NCBI GenBank assembly: GCA_030754595.1
Contig: JASLZZ010000077.1
Coordinates: forward strand, 1 to 64,000
Reading direction: 5' to 3'
DNA length: 64,000 nucleotides
From: Nitrospinota bacterium
GTDB taxonomy: Bacteria > UBA8248
A program made the position numbers and the translations under genes. Numbering within the stretch: position 1 is the first letter of the stretch; each line of letters starts with the position of its first letter. This document shows positions 60,172 to 64,000 of this stretch, one piece after another. Below the pieces are notes generated by a model. It was not told where the DNA came from. It saw nothing but the letters and a program-made list of their open reading frames with translations, and made no database searches.

Positions 60172-61303
60172 ATGGAAGAGTATCTGAAGAAAATCGACTG
60201 GCTCGAAGCGCGGCTCCTTGAACTCCGAGGTCGGCTTTGACCTCGACGAACTCGAAGCCGAGTGCGCCAGGCTGGACAAACTCGCCGCCGGCGAGAAGTT
60301 CTGGGACGACGCGGACGCGGCCCAACACACCCTGAAGCGGCGTGCCTCCCTCCAGCGGACGATCGACGCCTGGGCCGACCTCCAGAAAAGACTCACCGAA
60401 CAAAGCGAACTCACCCAACTCATGGAAATGGAGGAGGGCGCCCCCGATCCGGATCTGCTCGGCGAACTCGGTGAAGCCCTCGAGGCCATCGAAGCGGAGC
60501 AAGGACGCCTCGAATTTCGCCTTGTAATGGACTCCGAGGAAGACCCTGGCAACGCAATCCTTTCGGTGAACGCCGGGGCGGGCGGGGTGGAGAGCCAGGA
60601 TTGGGCCGAAATCCTCATCCGGATGTACGCCCGGTGGGCGGAAGCCCACGGCTGCACGGCCAAGCTGGTCTCGGTCCTGCCCGGCGAGGAGGCGGGCATC
60701 AAGAACGCCACCTTCATCATCGCCGGCGATTACGCCTACGGCTACCTTCGTGCCGAGATGGGCGTCCACCGCCTGGTGCGAATCTCGCCCTTCGATGCCG
60801 CCTCGCGGCGCCACACCTCGTTCGCCTCGGTGGATGTCGTGCCCGAGGTCTCCGACGACGTGGAGATCGAAATCGTCGAGAGCGATCTGCGCATCGATGT
60901 CTACCGCAGCTCGGGCGCCGGCGGCCAGCATGTGAACACAACCGACTCGGCCGTACGCATCACCCATGCGTCCACTGGCATCGTCGTCACCTGTCAGAAC
61001 GAGCGGAGCCAGCACAAAAACCGGGCCACGGCGATGAAACTCCTGCGCGGGCAGCTCTATAAGCTCGAGATGCAAAAACGCGAGGAGGAAAAAGAGCTGC
61101 AGCACGCAGCGAAAAAATCGATTAGCTTCGGAAGCCAGATACGGTCCTATATTCTCCATCCTTACCAGATGGTGAAAGACCACCGAACCGATATTGAAAC
61201 GTCGAACGTCGATTCCGTTCTCGACGGCGACATCGACAAATTCATCGACGCTTATTTATTGTCCCTGATTGAGAGCCGGGCCGAGGCGGGCCCCCATAGC
61301 TAA
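60172..61303 (+). CDS. prfB: Peptide chain release factor 2, translated via programmed +1 frameshift
   Basis: ORF0 MEEYLKK...LRGRL ends at CTT TGA C (60235-60241); +1 frame has GVHRLVRISPFD (SPF) and GAGGQHVN (GGQ). Confidence 0.97.
60226..60241 (+). promoter_or_regulatory. prfB +1 frameshift cassette
   Basis: Internal SD-like GAGGT, 3-nt spacer CGG, then CTT-TGA-C. Confidence 0.92.
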
Positions 61304-61364
61304 GGCCTCGTGACTAAGGCCTCTCGCACAGGCCATTACCCGCGAGCAAGGAAGCCAGTCACTT

Positions 61365-62927
61365 ATGAGCGAATCGTCACCAAACAAAAAAGATACCGTC
61401 CCGGAAGGGGATTCCGTCCCGGCAGCGGAGGGCCCAATCGGCGAGTTGATCGAACAGCGCCGCCGAAAGCTCGAGGCCATCCGGGAGGCGGGCGGAAACC
61501 CGTTCCCGAACCGCTTCCGGGTCTCTCACCGGATCGGCGAAATTGTCTCGGAGCAGGGCGATCTGACCGAGGAGGGCTACGACGAGACGAAGGGGCAGCG
61601 CTTCGTCGTCGCCGGGCGCGTCATGGCCAAACGGCTCCAGGGCAAGGTCATTTTCATGGATCTGCGCGACGGCAGCGGGCGGATTCAGCTTTTCATCCGG
61701 ATGAACGAGCTGGGCGAGGAGAAATTCGCCGCCGCCAAGGAGCTCGACATCGGCGACATCGCGGGCTGCGAGGGGGGCATTTTCAAAACCCGCACGGGAG
61801 AGCTTTCCGTCTGGGTACGGAGGATACATCTGCTTACGAAGAACATGCATCCCTTGCCCGAAAAATGGCACGGCCTTCAGAACGTCGAGCTTCGCTATCG
61901 CCAGCGGTATGTGGACCTGATCGCGAATCCGGACGTGATCGGGATATTCAAGAAACGCTCGCGGATGATCCAGCTCATGCGCCGGTTTCTCGACGAGCGG
62001 GGGTTCCTCGAGGTGGAGACGCCGATGATGCAATCCATCGCCGGGGGCGCGACGGCGCGGCCTTTCGTCACCCACCACAACACCCTCGACATGGACCTTT
62101 TCCTCAGGGTGGCGCCTGAGCTCTATCTCAAGCGCCTCGTCGTCGGCGGCATCGACCGGGTTTATGAGATCAACCGCAATTTCCGGAACGAGGGGATATC
62201 CATCCAGCATAATCCCGAGTTCACGATGATCGAGTTCTATATGGCCTATGCCGACTATAACGATCTGATGGACCTCACCGAGGAGATGATCGGTGGCATC
62301 GCCGAGGAAATCGCCGGCGGCCGCGATGTGACCTACGGCGGCGAGGAGATATCCTTCGCCGCCCCTTGGGCGCGGCATGAATGGCGCGAGGCCATCGTCG
62401 AACTCGGGGAGGCGCCCCCCGAAGTGCTCGAAAGCGAAGAGGCGGCCCGGACCCACGCTCGCGCCCTGGCGGCGCGGACGGGCTACCCGATTCCCGACGA
62501 GATGGCTCATGTCCACCTGCTTGAATATCTCTTCGAGGAGACGGTGGAGCCCAAGCTCCGCCAGCCGACGTTTATCTACGACTTCCCGCGGGCGCTCTCG
62601 CCCCTTTCGAAGAGCCGGGAGGACGACCTCGAAACGGTCGAGCGCTTCGAGCTCATCATCGCCGGCCGGGAGATAGCCAACGCCTACACCGAATTGAACG
62701 ACCCCGATGACCAGAGAGCGCGCTTCGAGGCGCAGGCGGCGGCCCTCGAGGCGGGCGACGAGGAGGCCCACGAGGTGGACTGGGATTACCTCAGGGCCTT
62801 GGAGTACGGCCTGCCGCCCACTGCGGGCGAGGGAATCGGCATCGATCGCCTGATCATGCTCCTGACCGACTCGCAGTCGATCCGCGACGTGATCCTCTTT
62901 CCTCTTCTCAGGAAGATGCAGGACTAG
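61365..62927 (+). CDS. lysS: Lysine--tRNA ligase (class II)
   Basis: [48 protein letters not shown]. Confidence 0.99.
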   Translation: MSESSPNKKDTVPEGDSVPAAEGPIGELIEQRRRKLEAIREAGGNPFPNRFRVSHRIGEIVSEQGDLTEEGYDETKGQRFVVAGRVMAKRLQGKVIFMDLRDGSGRIQLFIRMNELGEEKFAAAKELDIGDIAGCEGGIFKTRTGELSVWVRRIHLLTKNMHPLPEKWHGLQNVELRYRQRYVDLIANPDVIGIFKKRSRMIQLMRRFLDERGFLEVETPMMQSIAGGATARPFVTHHNTLDMDLFLRVAPELYLKRLVVGGIDRVYEINRNFRNEGISIQHNPEFTMIEFYMAYADYNDLMDLTEEMIGGIAEEIAGGRDVTYGGEEISFAAPWARHEWREAIVELGEAPPEVLESEEAARTHARALAARTGYPIPDEMAHVHLLEYLFEETVEPKLRQPTFIYDFPRALSPLSKSREDDLETVERFELIIAGREIANAYTELNDPDDQRARFEAQAAALEAGDEEAHEVDWDYLRALEYGLPPTAGEGIGIDRLIMLLTDSQSIRDVILFPLLRKMQD

Positions 62928-62929
62928 CC

Positions 62930-64000
62930 GTGCGGATTCCGGTCGAACTCTATATCGGGATGCGGCACCTGCGCTCGAGGAAGAAAACCGCCTTTATCTC
63001 CCTGACCACCTGGATATCCGTCCTGGGCGTCGCCCTCGGTGTCGCCACGCTGATTGTCGTCGTGGGCGTGATGACGGGGTTCGAGCGCGAGCTGCGCACC
63101 AAAATACTCGGCACCCAAAGCCATGTGGTTATCGTGGAGGCGGGGTCGGCTTCCCTGAACAAATGGGGCGACGTTTTGGACAGGGTGAAGAAAGAAACCC
63201 AGGTCGTCGCGGCGGCCCCGTTTGTCTACGGCCAGGCGATGCTTTCGTCGCGGGGCTCGGTCATGGGCGCGGTGGTGCGGGGAATCGACCCCGCCCGGGA
63301 GGAAAAGGTCACCGACCTGCGTAATTACATGCGCGCCGGATCGCTCAATAGCCTGGCGGGCGGCGGCGCTCCGCCGGGGGTGATTCTCGGGGCCGAGCTG
63401 GCTTCATCCCTCGGAGTGGAGCTTGGGGAAAATGTCACCATCATCAGCCCCGTCGGCGAGGTTACCCCGATGGGAATGCTGCCCCGATCGAAGAATTTCC
63501 AGGTGTCCGGAATTTTCAGGAGCGGGTTTTATCAATACGACTCGGGCCTAGCCATCATCTCCCTGAAGCAGGGCCAAAAATTCTTTGGCCTGGGCAAAGG
63601 AGTGACGGGCGTTCACCTCCGGGTGTCGAATATTTTCGCGGCCGAGCGGGTGGCCCGGCGGCTCCAGGAGTCGCTTCCGTATCCGTACTGGATGCGCTCC
63701 TGGCAGACGATGAACCGGAATCTTTTCTCGGCCCTCAAGACCGAGAAGACGACGATGACGATTCTGCTCCTTCTGGTCATCGTGGTGGCCGCGTTCAATA
63801 TCATCGGCTCGCTCATCATGGTGGTGATGGAGAAGGGCCGCGAGATCGCGATTTTGAAATCGATGGGCGCCACCCGGGGAGTGATTTTACGGATTTTCTT
63901 CTTCCAGGGGGCGACAATGGGGTTTGCCGGGGCCGTTCTGGGGACGCTGGGTGGGCTGGTTTTGGGTTGGAATTTGGGGGTGGTGGAGGATTTTCTCGAA
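62930..64000 (+). CDS. Lipoprotein-releasing ABC transporter permease LolC/E (partial, runs off the window end)
   Basis: Read from the DNA: GTG start, MRIPVELYIGMRHLRSRKKTAFISLTTWISVLGVALGVATLIVVVGVMTGF...VAAFNIIGSL.M.V.EK.REIAILKSMGA. Confidence 0.93.
   Translation, partial: MRIPVELYIGMRHLRSRKKTAFISLTTWISVLGVALGVATLIVVVGVMTGFERELRTKILGTQSHVVIVEAGSASLNKWGDVLDRVKKETQVVAAAPFVYGQAMLSSRGSVMGAVVRGIDPAREEKVTDLRNYMRAGSLNSLAGGGAPPGVILGAELASSLGVELGENVTIISPVGEVTPMGMLPRSKNFQVSGIFRSGFYQYDSGLAIISLKQGQKFFGLGKGVTGVHLRVSNIFAAERVARRLQESLPYPYWMRSWQTMNRNLFSALKTEKTTMTILLLLVIVVAAFNIIGSLIMVVMEKGREIAILKSMGATRGVILRIFFFQGATMGFAGAVLGTLGGLVLGWNLGVVEDFLE

Overview
GC-rich chromosomal segment from a diderm bacterium (lnt, lolC/E; gene order resembles deltaproteobacteria-like lineages, which is an inference). 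About three quarters is housekeeping: the end of tuf and a complete contiguous S10-spc-alpha ribosomal superoperon (1-15.5 kb), yceD-rpmF-plsX-fabH-fabD-acpP-fabF-rnc-smc-ftsY (35.6-47.1 kb, no fabG), and PBP1A, HNH, uvrB-uvrC-lnt-prfB (programmed +1 frameshift)-lysS-lolC/E (51.3-64 kb). The first accessory zone is 15.6-35.5 kb. It holds a minus-strand operon coupling an mmdADCB-type Na+-translocating acyl-CoA decarboxylase to a family III CoA-transferase, a GntR regulator and a disrupted methyltransferase, with an HMG-CoA-lyase-like gene upstream, plus a divergent MocA/Fe-ADH versus SDR/cyclase/flavin-reductase cluster. The second is a 47.1-51.3 kb islet with a 109-bp MITE (second copy at acpP), unexplained short repeats, a decayed NucS-like nuclease and an HTH-MNT/HEPN pair. 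Four accessory genes are disrupted (ald, methyltransferase, PilZ, NucS-like) while core genes are intact. No rRNA, tRNA, CRISPR array, integrase or transposase was recognised. The best candidates for undescribed biology are the CoA-transferase-linked Na+ pump operon, the defence-like islet and the MITE family. All functional calls come from motif recognition by eye; no database searches were run.
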